Assembly (NCBI GenBank): GCA_963713855.1
Contig: OY970209.1
Location: 544,001-608,000, forward strand
Length of the DNA stretch: 64,000 bases
Source: an uncultured bacterium
Lineage (GTDB): Bacteria; Babelota; Babeliae; Babelales; Babelaceae
Direction of reading: 5' to 3'
The position numbers and the translations under genes were made by a program. Position 1 is the stretch's first letter. Each line of letters starts with the position of its first letter. The notes beneath the pieces were generated by a model. That model had not been told where the DNA came from, did no database searches, and saw nothing but the letters and a program-made list of their open reading frames with translations. Below, one piece after another: positions 1 to 10,073 of this stretch.

Positions 1-20
1 ACGTTTTTGAAATTACTCAA

Positions 21-52
21 AAAAAAGAGCGGCAAGATAGCCGCTCTTTTTT
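21..52. terminator. Intrinsic terminator hairpin, bidirectional-looking
   Basis: aaaaaagagcggc-aagata-gccgctctttttt, just downstream of the minus-strand ORF ending at 75. Confidence 0.7.
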
Positions 53-74
53 ATAATAAGGTGACTTAAGGTAG

Positions 75-680
75 TTAAGTCTTTTTAAATGTTTTCGGAC
101 ATGAATTTCTCAAATCGATCAAGAATAAGCTTAAATGATTTAAAAATCCGTCAGTGGAAATAAAGCTTCCTGCAAGTTTTGCAAGTTGTTTTATTTCGTG
201 CCCATCGCCTTGACGACTCCACTGCTTAAGAACAGTATTTGGAAACTTTCTCTGTTTTGACCACTGATCTATTATTTTTACGAGCGTTGATTTAAAAATG
301 CGAGCTTTACGCATGTATTTTTTAGTAACTTCATCGATCTTTTTATGGACCTCAGCTAAAGCATTAGCGGCACTTTTTTTTAGCTGGCCCTTTTCAACCA
401 GCAGACCACCTTTTTCAAAATCAACCATTTGCTTGAACGTGAACCTTTTTCCATTATACGAAATAAGGTTGTCCTGCCCGAGTGCGTTGTTTTGGCCTGT
501 TCGGAGTCTTTGTATCCCATCCTGAAGCTCAATAAAGTCCGCGGCCTTTAGGCTTGGGTTTCCGTCGATGAGCTTCATAACGTCTGATTCAATCGTAATA
601 GGCGTAAGTGTTGCATTGCACTGCAACGTAAGGCATATAAATAAGAGTGGAGTTGTTAGCTTGATGAACCGCTGTTGCAT
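75..680 (-). CDS. Hypothetical exported protein
   Basis: 201-aa ORF with N-terminal signal-peptide-like segment, SD-like gagga upstream, followed by a terminator. Confidence 0.75.
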   Translation of the reverse strand: MQQRFIKLTTPLLFICLTLQCNATLTPITIESDVMKLIDGNPSLKAADFIELQDGIQRLRTGQNNALGQDNLISYNGKRFTFKQMVDFEKGGLLVEKGQLKKSAANALAEVHKKIDEVTKKYMRKARIFKSTLVKIIDQWSKQRKFPNTVLKQWSRQGDGHEIKQLAKLAGSFISTDGFLNHLSLFLIDLRNSCPKTFKKT

Positions 681-693
681 AGTTTCTCCTCAT

Positions 694-2313
694 TTAATAA
701 CTGAAAGCTAGATTAAAAGCTAAAGTAAAGTCTTTACCGAGTCCTCTGCTACTGAATGTTATATCTCCACGAAGTCCGAGGTACAATAATCCACAACTAT
801 AAGGAATGTTAAATTCTATTCCTCCAAAAAATTTGTGTTGTATGCCTCGAGAGTTAAGAGCAACATCAGTCCTAAAAATATTTCGTATGCGTTGTGAAAG
901 TTCAAGCTTTTCTTCGCCTTGCCAATAAAAATCATACCCTGCCCAGCCTTCAAAGCAGTTGTAATTACATAAAAGCGCAACATTGGCATTAGCAATGGCA
1001 CCAGGCCTTACTTTAACGCTAAAAACTGATGGAAATAACGTGTCGATAATTTTCTGTTGAATAAAGGCCAAGTTGTCTTCAGCAAGATCCGGATTCGTAA
1101 AATCTCTTTCAAAGGACTCTGGATTAATTCTCTTTATGAAAAAACGGCGTTCATGAGCAGGTGCGACATATTGAATAGAAGCTTGAGAGCGTATTCCCCA
1201 GCAACTATTAAAAAAGTGTTCATACTGTGCTAATGGCGCAAAGGTAAAATGACCGTTATTGCCTAACGAGGTATCCGCAACATTTGCGGTCAATGTGTCG
1301 AGTACTGCAAATGCTAACTTTGTAAGCGTGTCAAAGGACTGTATTTGTTGAGCGACTGAGTCACCTAAAATGCCACAGATAATTTGTTGTATATCAAAAG
1401 GGGGAATAGCGCGCACTTTACAAAATGAGCCACCGATGATGCCCTGTTGAAAGGCGAAGGCCGTTGGCAATGTAATAAATCCGCCAAGACTCCAACATGT
1501 TGATTCAGTCGTCCAAGGAGCATAAAGTGCGTGAATACGTAAGTCTCCAAGTCCGAGCTTGTCGCTAACAAGATGCTCAGTAAGCAGTTCTTCGCTTTCT
1601 GATCTGCTTGAGCCCTCTGATAGCTCACGTATAGCGGTGGAAAAGCTAATAGCTTCTATCTCTTCGGGGGTCAAGAAAAAATTGCGCTCTAAGTAATAAA
1701 GAGGGAGGGAAAATTTTACGTCCCAGTTATTATTGTGACCGCCTACTCTAAAATAAAGGCCTGCTCTTCTTTCTTGCAGCTTAATATGCTCAAAAAGAGG
1801 CAAGATTTCACCAATGGGTGACGCTTCTTCTGGTCTTAAAAGCTCGGCGACTTCCTCAACGGCATCAATAAAATCTTGACCAGTCAGGTTAATATAAGAC
1901 CTAATAAATGGATCAGATCTTGTAAAAAAAAGCTTGCTTGTTTGGTTGTAAAAGGGGAGCACCGACAGATCAAAGCATCCTCTGTGTATGTCTACCCAGT
2001 TAAAAGTTGGTAAGTCATGTATGCTTCTATTAAGAATCGAATTTGTTCGTTTGTAGATGGGCACTTTCAGCAAGTTAACGACACCGCTATTTACCAACGT
2101 ATCAACTACGTCTTGGGCTGTACAAGGAGCTTGTTGAGCGCTTTCTAATTCTTTTTGCAAATCTTCATTTTGATTCTTGAAGTACTCATCAATTCCTTCA
2201 CCCAATGAAGCTTCTTGTGCACATACTCTTTCGTGAGCAGTTGCTATACATAGTAAAAATACAAGCACTGAAGATGCTAAAAAAATCATCGAATGCTTGT
2301 GCATGCTCTCCAT
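694..2313 (-). CDS. Hypothetical exported protein, possible outer-membrane beta-barrel
   Basis: ~540 aa, signal peptide, amphipathic beta-strand-like segments, C-terminus FTLAFNLAFSY ending in an aromatic residue. Start placed at the ATG after gaggac. Confidence 0.7.
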   Translation of the reverse strand: MESMHKHSMIFLASSVLVFLLCIATAHERVCAQEASLGEGIDEYFKNQNEDLQKELESAQQAPCTAQDVVDTLVNSGVVNLLKVPIYKRTNSILNRSIHDLPTFNWVDIHRGCFDLSVLPFYNQTSKLFFTRSDPFIRSYINLTGQDFIDAVEEVAELLRPEEASPIGEILPLFEHIKLQERRAGLYFRVGGHNNNWDVKFSLPLYYLERNFFLTPEEIEAISFSTAIRELSEGSSRSESEELLTEHLVSDKLGLGDLRIHALYAPWTTESTCWSLGGFITLPTAFAFQQGIIGGSFCKVRAIPPFDIQQIICGILGDSVAQQIQSFDTLTKLAFAVLDTLTANVADTSLGNNGHFTFAPLAQYEHFFNSCWGIRSQASIQYVAPAHERRFFIKRINPESFERDFTNPDLAEDNLAFIQQKIIDTLFPSVFSVKVRPGAIANANVALLCNYNCFEGWAGYDFYWQGEEKLELSQRIRNIFRTDVALNSRGIQHKFFGGIEFNIPYSCGLLYLGLRGDITFSSRGLGKDFTLAFNLAFSY

Positions 2314-2519
2314 ACGTCCTCTTAACACGAACTTTTGGCAAATCTTATGACAAGTGTGTATTTAGCTTAGCAGTCTTTTTTTTATTTGACAAAAGCGGCT
2401 CACGCATACTTCTGCAAAAAATATATAGCGCCTAAGTCTCAATACGCAAGAGACATATTTTGAGAACGGGTATACTAGGTAATAGATTCTTAATTAAAAC
2501 AAAACGCAAAGGTAATTAT

Positions 2520-3239
2520 ATGACAGCTGATGGCTTTTCATCAAAAAAGTTGCTGTGCATGGTTGAAGGTAATATTGGAACGGGTAAATCAACCTTTATT
2601 CGCATTATCAGTTCACTGCTTAAGGACATACATGGCACTTTTGAACCCCTTGAAGAGTGGCAGAATGTGGGTGGTGAGAATCTGCTTAATTTTTTTTACC
2701 AAGAGCCCATGCGTTGGGCTTATTCATTTCAAACCTATACACTTTTGACGCGGACACGACTTCAGGAATTAGTAAATAAAAGGGCCGAGTCATTACAACT
2801 GATGGAGCGATCAATCTATTCAGACCGTTATTGCTTTGCCCAAGCATGTATTGAATTAGGCTTTTTTCAGCACATGGAATGGCAGCTTTATCAAGAGTGG
2901 TTTGATTGGATTCAAAAATACGAACCATTACCAAGCGCTTTTATTTATTTACGCACCGATCCAGCAGTTTCCTACGAGAGGCTTTTGCATCGTAGTCGAC
3001 AAGAGGAGTCTGGGGTCAGCCTTGATTACATTACTTTTATTTATCAAAAGCACGAAAAGTGGCTTATTAAAAAAGAGGGTATTTTACCGTCGCTACAGAA
3101 GGTGCCAGTTCTCGTTCTTGCATGTGATGAAGATTTTGAGCATAATAAAGACGTACAGGAAGCGCATATAAAAAGCCTTATTGACTTTTTATATACGAAT
3201 TTTGGCTTTAAAGTCCAAAGGGCGCTTCCTTCCCAATGA
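2520..3239 (+). CDS. Deoxynucleoside kinase (dNK family)
   Basis: P-loop EGNIGTGKST, ERSIYSDRYCF motif, lid RSRQEE. Confidence 0.93.
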   Translation: MTADGFSSKKLLCMVEGNIGTGKSTFIRIISSLLKDIHGTFEPLEEWQNVGGENLLNFFYQEPMRWAYSFQTYTLLTRTRLQELVNKRAESLQLMERSIYSDRYCFAQACIELGFFQHMEWQLYQEWFDWIQKYEPLPSAFIYLRTDPAVSYERLLHRSRQEESGVSLDYITFIYQKHEKWLIKKEGILPSLQKVPVLVLACDEDFEHNKDVQEAHIKSLIDFLYTNFGFKVQRALPSQ

Positions 3240-3263
3240 TAGTGCATACAAAAAGGTTTACTC

Positions 3264-3521
3264 ATGGCTGAAAATATGGCAGTTTACGCAAAGGTAGCAG
3301 CCTATTTAGGTGCTGCTTTTGCTATCGGTATTGGTACCCTGGGACCGACAATGGGACAGGGGATGATCGGGTCGAAAGCTTGCGAAAACATAGGAAAATA
3401 CCCAGAAAGTGCAAATAAAATCCAAACCGCTATGTATGTCGGTTTGGCGATGGTGGAAACATCCTCCCTTTTTGCCTTTCTTACCTCTATATTTCTTATT
3501 CTTTCAGTTTTCAAGTTGTAA
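3264..3521 (+). CDS. atpE: F0F1 ATP synthase subunit c
   Basis: 85 aa, two TM helices, GxGxxGPxxGQG, KYPE loop, conserved Glu in VETS. Confidence 0.95.
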   Translation: MAENMAVYAKVAAYLGAAFAIGIGTLGPTMGQGMIGSKACENIGKYPESANKIQTAMYVGLAMVETSSLFAFLTSIFLILSVFKL

Positions 3522-3527
3522 GATAAA

Positions 3528-3905
3528 ATGACAATCAATCTGACTGTTTTGGTGCAATTTGTTCACTTTATGATTGCTTATTTTATTCTTGAAAGAGTGC
3601 TTTTTAGGCCTTCTGTCAGCGCTCTTAAAATCCAGGATGCTCTTTTTCACAAAAAAGTGGACCATCTGGCTGAGGGAAAGAAGAAGGTCGAAGCGCTTCG
3701 CTTTCAACTCGAAGAAGACAGAAAAATGCACCGGGAAGAGCTACAAAAGTCTATTCCTACCCTTGCTCGCTTTAGAAAGCCTCTCTCTATTGAGGAGGTA
3801 TATGAAAGTGCACGGTACGAAGAGACTGCAGCTGCTGATTATGCCAATAAAGCTACTATAAAAGCGATAGTACAAAGAATTGTGGGGAGTATTCTTCATG
3901 ATTGA
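3528..3905 (+). CDS. ATP synthase subunit b'-like
   Basis: INLTVLVQFVHFMIAYFILERVLFRP N-terminal anchor plus charged coiled coil, directly after atpE. Confidence 0.8.
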   Translation: MTINLTVLVQFVHFMIAYFILERVLFRPSVSALKIQDALFHKKVDHLAEGKKKVEALRFQLEEDRKMHREELQKSIPTLARFRKPLSIEEVYESARYEETAAADYANKATIKAIVQRIVGSILHD

Positions 3906-4380
3906 CGCTTTTTTTAAACTTCTCAATTTTGGTATTTTTATAGGAATTTTGGTATACGTGTGGCGTAAGAATCTGCGTGCATTCTTTCAGAATCAGCTCA
4001 TAAAAAAAAGAGTTAAGACGGAAGAGCTTGCTCGAGAAGAATACGCTGTTTTACGGGCTCAAGAAAGCATTCAGACACAAGAACGTGATGAGCATCTATT
4101 ATTTGCAAGCCTACGCCAAAAAATGGCTCAGTGGCAAAGTGTTCAAAAGCAAGAGCTTGATGCGCTTAATGCGCAGTATGCGCGATACGAGCATGACCTT
4201 AAAAAACGAATTGCTCTTGAAATTGTCGAGACCAGGAATCGACACGTTAAAAAGACTCTTTTAGAGCGTGTACTTCAAGATTCTACAAAAGAATTAAAAG
4301 ATGCATTTGAAAATCCAAAGAAAAATGAAGCATACATAAAAGAGGCAGTCGAGCTACTAGCCCGTGATAAGGATGCCTAA
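3898..4380 (+). CDS. atpF: ATP synthase subunit b
   Basis: FKLLNFGIFIGILVYVW anchor plus long charged helix, operon context. Confidence 0.8.
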   Translation: MIDAFFKLLNFGIFIGILVYVWRKNLRAFFQNQLIKKRVKTEELAREEYAVLRAQESIQTQERDEHLLFASLRQKMAQWQSVQKQELDALNAQYARYEHDLKKRIALEIVETRNRHVKKTLLERVLQDSTKELKDAFENPKKNEAYIKEAVELLARDKDA

Positions 4381-4928
4381 TGTTTCTACCTCCTCGCATA
4401 GCAAAACGTTACGCGCAAGCTTTTTTGAATACGACGCAGGTAGAGTATGCGCAAATCGAGCGCATAGAGGCTTCAGGCAAGAATCTTGCACATCATCTGG
4501 GCGCACTGTTTTATCTTAAAGTGCCTTTAAAGCAGGATTTTGGTCTTATTAAAGCAGTTGATGCTTTTTTAGCCCGCTACCGAATAAGTACACTGCTCAA
4601 AAAGCTAGTGCATCTTCTAGCTCGCCACAATAGATTAGCTTTGCTAGCAGATGTTTTGCAAAGCATTGCCCAAGTATATAGAGCAAGAAATAACCTACTT
4701 GTTTGCACGGTTTTGTCTTCAAGTCCTTTGTCGACAAGCCAAAAAAAGCAGATAGAACAGTCTATTGCCTCACGCCTACAGGTCACACCTTATGTTACCT
4801 ATGGCACTGATGAAAACCTTATAGCCGGCATTCGCATTGAGGCACAATATTGCGTTTGGGAGTATTCGGTGGCTAAAAAATTGCGTTCTTTAAGCAGCAC
4901 AGTATTAGAAAAGGTATATCGTGAATAA
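4380..4928 (+). CDS. atpH: ATP synthase F1 delta subunit
   Basis: IAKRYAQA N-terminus, DENLIAGIRI near C-terminus, upstream of atpA. Confidence 0.9.
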   Translation: MFLPPRIAKRYAQAFLNTTQVEYAQIERIEASGKNLAHHLGALFYLKVPLKQDFGLIKAVDAFLARYRISTLLKKLVHLLARHNRLALLADVLQSIAQVYRARNNLLVCTVLSSSPLSTSQKKQIEQSIASRLQVTPYVTYGTDENLIAGIRIEAQYCVWEYSVAKKLRSLSSTVLEKVYRE

Positions 4929-6414
4929 TAAGCAAATGGATCTTGTCTCGCTTTTCGAGCGTGCCCTTGAAGGACAATCAAGCCATGAATTTGATCAAGT
5001 GGGATTTGTTGTACAAGTGGGCGACTTTACCTGTGTTATTCAAGGCCTAAATAAAGTCGTCTACGGTGAGCTTGTCCTCTTTGAGGGGGGAAATCGAGGT
5101 ATCGTGTTGAACATAGATGAGGATGTCGTTACCGCTTTTGTGCTTGATGCATTAGTACCTGTGTCCGAATTCGAAACGGTAAAGCGAACGGGAAGCGTTT
5201 TTAAAACACCTGTTGGTAAAGATCTTTTGGGTCGCGTTATTAACGCTCGAGGCGAACCAATTGATGGTCTTCAAAAACTTTCCTCGTCACTTTTAAAACC
5301 CATTGAAGCTCATATTCCCGGCATTATTGAGCGAAGCCCAATTAATGAACCTTTAGAAACTGGAATCATGGTTATTGACGCACTTGTTCCAGTAGGCAAA
5401 GGACAGCGTGAGCTTATTATAGGTGATAGAAACACGGGTAAAACATCCATAGCTCTTGATACTATTATTCATCAGCGAGACAAAAATGTTATTTGTATCT
5501 ATGTTGCTATTGGACAACGTCAAGCAAGTGTTGCTCGCATAGCGCATCTTCTTGCCCAGAGAAGGGGCGCTTTCGTACACGATCATTGTAAGTGCTGATG
5601 CAGTGAGCCGGCTTTAAATCGTTATTTGGCCCCTTATGTGGGTTGTACTATAGGTGAATACTTTAGAGACGAGGGGCTTGATGCACTTATCATCTATGAT
5701 GACCTTAGTAATCACGCAATTGCTTATCGCGAAATGTCTCTCTTGATGCGCCGATCACCGGGAAGAGAGGCCTACCCAGGCGACGTTTTTTATCTTCATT
5801 CACGTCTTCTAGAGCGCGCTGGAAAGCTTGCAAAGGGTGGAACCTTACCGCTTTACCTATTGTTCAAATTCAGGCGGAGATATTGCCGCTTATATTCCTA
5901 CAAACCTCATTTCGATAACGGATGGCCAAATATTCTTGATACGACGCTTTTTAATAGCGGTGTACGGCCTGCGGTCAATGTTGAGCTTTCTGTCTCTCGT
6001 GTTGGAGGTGCAGCACAGACTTCCGCCATTAAGTCGATGACTCGCGCATTACGCCTTGAGCTTGCCCAGTACCACGAGCTTGTAGCCTTTGCGCAATTTG
6101 GCACCGAACTCGACATTATATCTCAGCGAAAACTTGCACGCGGAGCTGTTATTGTTAATCTCTTAAAACAAGCGTCTTTAACCACATACTCTTTTGTAGA
6201 TCAAACGCTTATGTTCTTTTTACTAAAAGAGAATTATCTAGATGCCGTACCCCTTTCTGAGGTGCATGAGACAGGTACCCGGTTTGCTAGCTATGTAAGG
6301 TCCGTGTATAAAAGTGTGTACGATGAAATTAAAGACACTCAAGCGGTTTCTCAAGATATGCTAGGCGCGTTAAAGAAAATAGCTCAAGAATTTATGACTG
6401 TAATGATCGGATAG
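4921..6414 (+). CDS. atpA: ATP synthase F1 alpha subunit, reading frame broken by about 5 single-base indels
   Basis: [62 protein letters not shown] is in another frame (ORF 5828..6040). Indels near 5560, 5603, 5843, 5874, 5935. Confidence 0.92.
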
Positions 6415-6474
6415 CTAGTTTGGGGAGAAATATTTGCTAAATGCATAAGCTGCTTGTAAAATAAAAGGATGTAA

Positions 6475-6551
6475 GCGCCCATAGCTCAGCTGGATAGAGC
6501 AACAGATTTCTAATCTGTAGGTCGTAGGTTCGAATCCTACTGGGCGCACCA
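6475..6551 (+). tRNA. tRNA-Arg(TCT)
   Basis: Cloverleaf, anticodon arm ACAGA-TT-TCT-AA-TCTGT, GGTTCGAATCC, encoded CCA. Confidence 0.97.
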
Positions 6552-6601
6552 ATCTTTTACCCGACAAAATTCCTTACGTCTATGATACAGTTAGCTAAGC
6601 G

Positions 6602-8032
6602 TCAGCTTATTTCTTTTTTTATTCTCTCTAAATCAAAAAGCTCTGATCTGGCTAAGGTAGCAGTCTCTTCCTCTTCTTCCACTGGTGTGCATACGCCTTG
6701 GTGCTCCCATTTATAAAGCTCTCGACGTACGTTGATGCCTTGATCGGCTAAAAATCCTAAAATGTATAACGCTCGTTCCAGATCCGATGGGTGGTTGTCT
6801 GATGAGTCGGCTATCAAGTAAAGCGACTCAGGGTTATTAAAAAGCTCAACGCCCCGCAGGATAGTGCTTATAAGATTATGCTTGAGAAGATTCTTAATGG
6901 CGAATAGATCAGCTCTCTGTTCTTTGCCACGATAGTAATGTATCTTTTGGTATTCCTTGGGATCTTTTGGATGAATCCAGAACCCGCCGGTTATTTTGAG
7001 CGTTAGTTGGACTATGCTATTTGCCAAATGAGAAGCAAGTAATTTTCCCGTACGAGTACTTTGTAAAGAAGGTACTAACTCTATTCCTCGTTTCAAGTAT
7101 CTTTTAACCGTATTTAGATCTGTTTTAAAAGCGGATTGGTTGGAAAGGTCTTCTGGCTTTGCTTCGCCTTGCATGATTAAATCTTCATTTTTACTATCGT
7201 TATGATACACGTGTGCAAGCTCGTGAAAGAGCAAATACATCATAAAATCGAAGTCTGGATTTTCGCACATAGCAATATAAGTTATTCCGCTTGGTGAGAT
7301 CCTTGTGCTACCATGTACGCCACCCGTTTTTTGTTGAAGCGCAGATATTTTTCCCTGCAAGTTGAGCAAATTAATTGCTTTTTCAAGCAGCTTTTTCTGC
7401 GCATTAGTAGGTCTTTTAAAAGCACCTATGCCTTCAACCAGCCCGTACGTTTCGAGTTCTGGAAAAATTGTTTCAACCCAAAGCCTGTCTTCTTTCTGCA
7501 AGGTCGGACTGGTTGGCAAACCGAGGAGCTCTCTCAGGAACTTATAAGGAAAAAATAAGAATTCATCATTGAATCGACTTCGTGGTACATCGCGCGTTAT
7601 AAGTTGATATATGTTAGACCCTAAGTCATATGATTGTGGCAAAACTCCCTCAACACCGCTTAATTTCCATAATTCTCGTTGATGGTCTTTCCAAAGTTCG
7701 TATTGCAGGGTTTCAAGCAAAGCTACGTCAATTTTATTATAAGAATTAACGGTTGGCAGCGGCACAAGCTTTCTAAGCTCATTATACTCAGCGAGTGCAT
7801 ACTCGCCCACGTCTGGATTTTCAATGTTCGATGCAGCGTCCAGATTACTTAAAATATTCACAAAAAGTTGCATTTTTTCACGATAGCGTGCTGCATCAAC
7901 AAGTTGGGCTTGTGGAGTGAGACTTGATTCAGTGTCTTCTGATGCGGTTATGAGATCCGCTTGAAGATGCACGTTCGGAGTTAAGACTAACAAAAAAAGT
8001 AGTAGATTAAAAAAGAGTATTGATTTATTCAT
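6602..8032 (-). CDS. Exported zinc metallopeptidase-like protein (M48-like), paralog 1
   Basis: Signal peptide, HELAH, EQRADLFA and HPSDLERA motifs in the M48 arrangement. Confidence 0.8.
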   Translation of the reverse strand: MNKSILFFNLLLFLLVLTPNVHLQADLITASEDTESSLTPQAQLVDAARYREKMQLFVNILSNLDAASNIENPDVGEYALAEYNELRKLVPLPTVNSYNKIDVALLETLQYELWKDHQRELWKLSGVEGVLPQSYDLGSNIYQLITRDVPRSRFNDEFLFFPYKFLRELLGLPTSPTLQKEDRLWVETIFPELETYGLVEGIGAFKRPTNAQKKLLEKAINLLNLQGKISALQQKTGGVHGSTRISPSGITYIAMCENPDFDFMMYLLFHELAHVYHNDSKNEDLIMQGEAKPEDLSNQSAFKTDLNTVKRYLKRGIELVPSLQSTRTGKLLASHLANSIVQLTLKITGGFWIHPKDPKEYQKIHYYRGKEQRADLFAIKNLLKHNLISTILRGVELFNNPESLYLIADSSDNHPSDLERALYILGFLADQGINVRRELYKWEHQGVCTPVEEEEETATLARSELFDLERIKKEIS

Positions 8033-8186
8033 TGATTTTTCCAATATAAATATATTTATTTGTATTTTATTATTATATTGGCTTGTAAATTAAAGAATCA
8101 AGATTTTGCGTACGCTCCAGATGAGCAGGGGTCCAATTATGCATCATTCATCTAATGCATCTAAGTTTTTCCCATCGCGAAAATTT

Positions 8187-9311
8187 TTAGCCCGATTTTG
8201 TTAGCTTGATTCTGTAGCTGGTATTTCTACCACCCCCTGGCAAGCGTTCGATACATCCATATGCAACGAGCTCTCGCAGATCCCTTGTGGCGGTAGCTTT
8301 GGAACAATGAGCTATTTTCATATATTTTTGAGCTGTTAAGCCTCCCTTAAAGTCTGCTAGTTCTTCTTCTTTAAATGCTCTTGCTAATACCGTTGACTGT
8401 CGTGTGTTTAACTGTGAGGAATGTTGGTTCCAGAATTCAGCTTTTCGTACTATAAAACCAACTTCTTCTTTAGTATCCAAAAGAGCGCAGTAAATGGTCC
8501 TCACGAAATATTCAACCCATGGTGTTATATTTATGTTAGCTCGGCTAGCCAGGGAAAGCTCGCGATAATATTCTTTCTTGTGCTTTTGTATTCTAGTAGA
8601 GAGGCTGAATACTATAGGTCTTTGTAATTCTTGAGACAGGGCTTTTTCTGCAATAGCTCGACCGATTCTTCCGTTACCATCATCGAATGGATGAATGCAT
8701 TCAAAATACAGATGAGCAATAGCGGCCCTGACTGGTCCCGGAAGTATATCATTAGAAGGATTTGTTTCATTAAACCACTCTATAAAATGGGTCATTTCCT
8801 TATCAAGAATTGCACTAGGTGGGGCTAAGTAATGAACAATCTCTTTGCCTGTAGTACCCGAAACTATTTGCATCGGTTCACTACCTGTTCGCCATTTGCC
8901 TATTTCTAGACTTTCGTTATGTGATACGGGTAATACCATCGCATGCCACGCGAATAGCTCTTTCTTTGAAAGAGGTTGTGCATAATTTTCTCTAACTGAG
9001 ATCATAAGCTGAGCGATACCAATGGCCCGCGGATCTTTAACAGGTTCCAGTTTTTCGGATAGGCCTAACTGGTTCCTAATTGATGACCTTACTTCTTGCT
9101 TGTCTATCCTTTCTCCCTCAATTTCTGATGTTTTTATGGCTTCAGATACCATTAGGTCAATAATGGTATCAACTTTTAAGTGATTAGGTAGATGGCTTAA
9201 ATTTTCCGATAACGAACTTGTTGCAATAGCATACTGATAAAGTACGTCTTGTATGCCAAGGAGGCTATACTCAAAGTGTGGCCACCGTGGATGCTGCCAA
9301 ATGTACTTCAT
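8187..9311 (-). CDS. Fic family protein (DUF4172-type N-terminus, C-terminal wHTH)
   Basis: YIWQHPRWPHF start, canonical HPFDDGNGRIGR, C-terminal SKATATRDL...GGGRNTSY. Confidence 0.93.
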   Translation of the reverse strand: MKYIWQHPRWPHFEYSLLGIQDVLYQYAIATSSLSENLSHLPNHLKVDTIIDLMVSEAIKTSEIEGERIDKQEVRSSIRNQLGLSEKLEPVKDPRAIGIAQLMISVRENYAQPLSKKELFAWHAMVLPVSHNESLEIGKWRTGSEPMQIVSGTTGKEIVHYLAPPSAILDKEMTHFIEWFNETNPSNDILPGPVRAAIAHLYFECIHPFDDGNGRIGRAIAEKALSQELQRPIVFSLSTRIQKHKKEYYRELSLASRANINITPWVEYFVRTIYCALLDTKEEVGFIVRKAEFWNQHSSQLNTRQSTVLARAFKEEELADFKGGLTAQKYMKIAHCSKATATRDLRELVAYGCIERLPGGGRNTSYRIKLTKSG

Positions 9312-9330
9312 GTTTTCACCCATTCTCACG

Positions 9331-9390
9331 TTATGAGCCGATTATACCATTTATTCGGCTCATAATGAAGCTTTTTTTGAGCCGAATAAA
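9331..9390. promoter_or_regulatory. Clustered inverted repeats (TGAGCCGA half-sites) upstream of the Fic gene, candidate operator
   Basis: ttatgagccga 9331-9341 pairs with tcggctcataa 9355-9365; tttattcggctca 9350-9362 pairs with tgagccgaataaa 9378-9390. Confidence 0.5.
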
Positions 9391-9551
9391 TTAATAGAGC
9401 CGGAAAGCTTAAGCCCAGAAATATTTAAGGCTTTCAGCAAGCAAAACCCGGGCAGTCTTTAGCGCAGAATTAGGTGCCATTAGAAACACTTGTTACATTT
9501 GAAAGATGTCCCGGGCTACTTTTTATGACCTATCAATTACGCTGCATATGC

Positions 9552-9923
9552 CTATATATGCTGATCAATAAGGATAGGGTTTCCATCGGGATCAAGTATA
9601 AGAAAGCTTGCAGCTCCGGAGGCGTTTTCATCTGCTTCTGTTACCATTTTGATACCCTTAGATTTAAGCTTGCGCTGGATATCCCTAACGTCTGTAAAAG
9701 CTTCAAGTTTATTGGCATTTTCGTCCCAGCCAGGATTGAATGTTAAAGTGTTTTTTTCAAACATCCCTTGAAAAAGCCCAATTGTGGCATTACCATTTTT
9801 CATGATAAGCCAGTGTTGCGCTATATCGCCAGTAAAGACTTTAAAGCCAAGATTCTCATAAAACGTTTTTGAAGCCTGAATGTTTTTAACGCTTAAGCTC
9901 AGCGAAAAGGTACCTAAATTCAC
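9552..9923 (-). CDS. VOC/glyoxalase family protein
   Basis: SLSVKNIQASKTFYENLGF and DPDGNPILIDQH, GTG start after aaggagg. Confidence 0.9.
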   Translation of the reverse strand: MNLGTFSLSLSVKNIQASKTFYENLGFKVFTGDIAQHWLIMKNGNATIGLFQGMFEKNTLTFNPGWDENANKLEAFTDVRDIQRKLKSKGIKMVTEADENASGAASFLILDPDGNPILIDQHI

Positions 9924-10073
9924 GTTGCCCTCCTTCAATGTCGTGCTTTGTTTTTAGCTTATTAAAAAGGGATTGATATGCAAATTTTGATGGATTTGGC
10001 TTTCATCTCCCATTTCTCGCTACCGGTTCAATAAGAAGGGATAAGCTTCTATTCCTTCTTCTGATCCTTTTTG

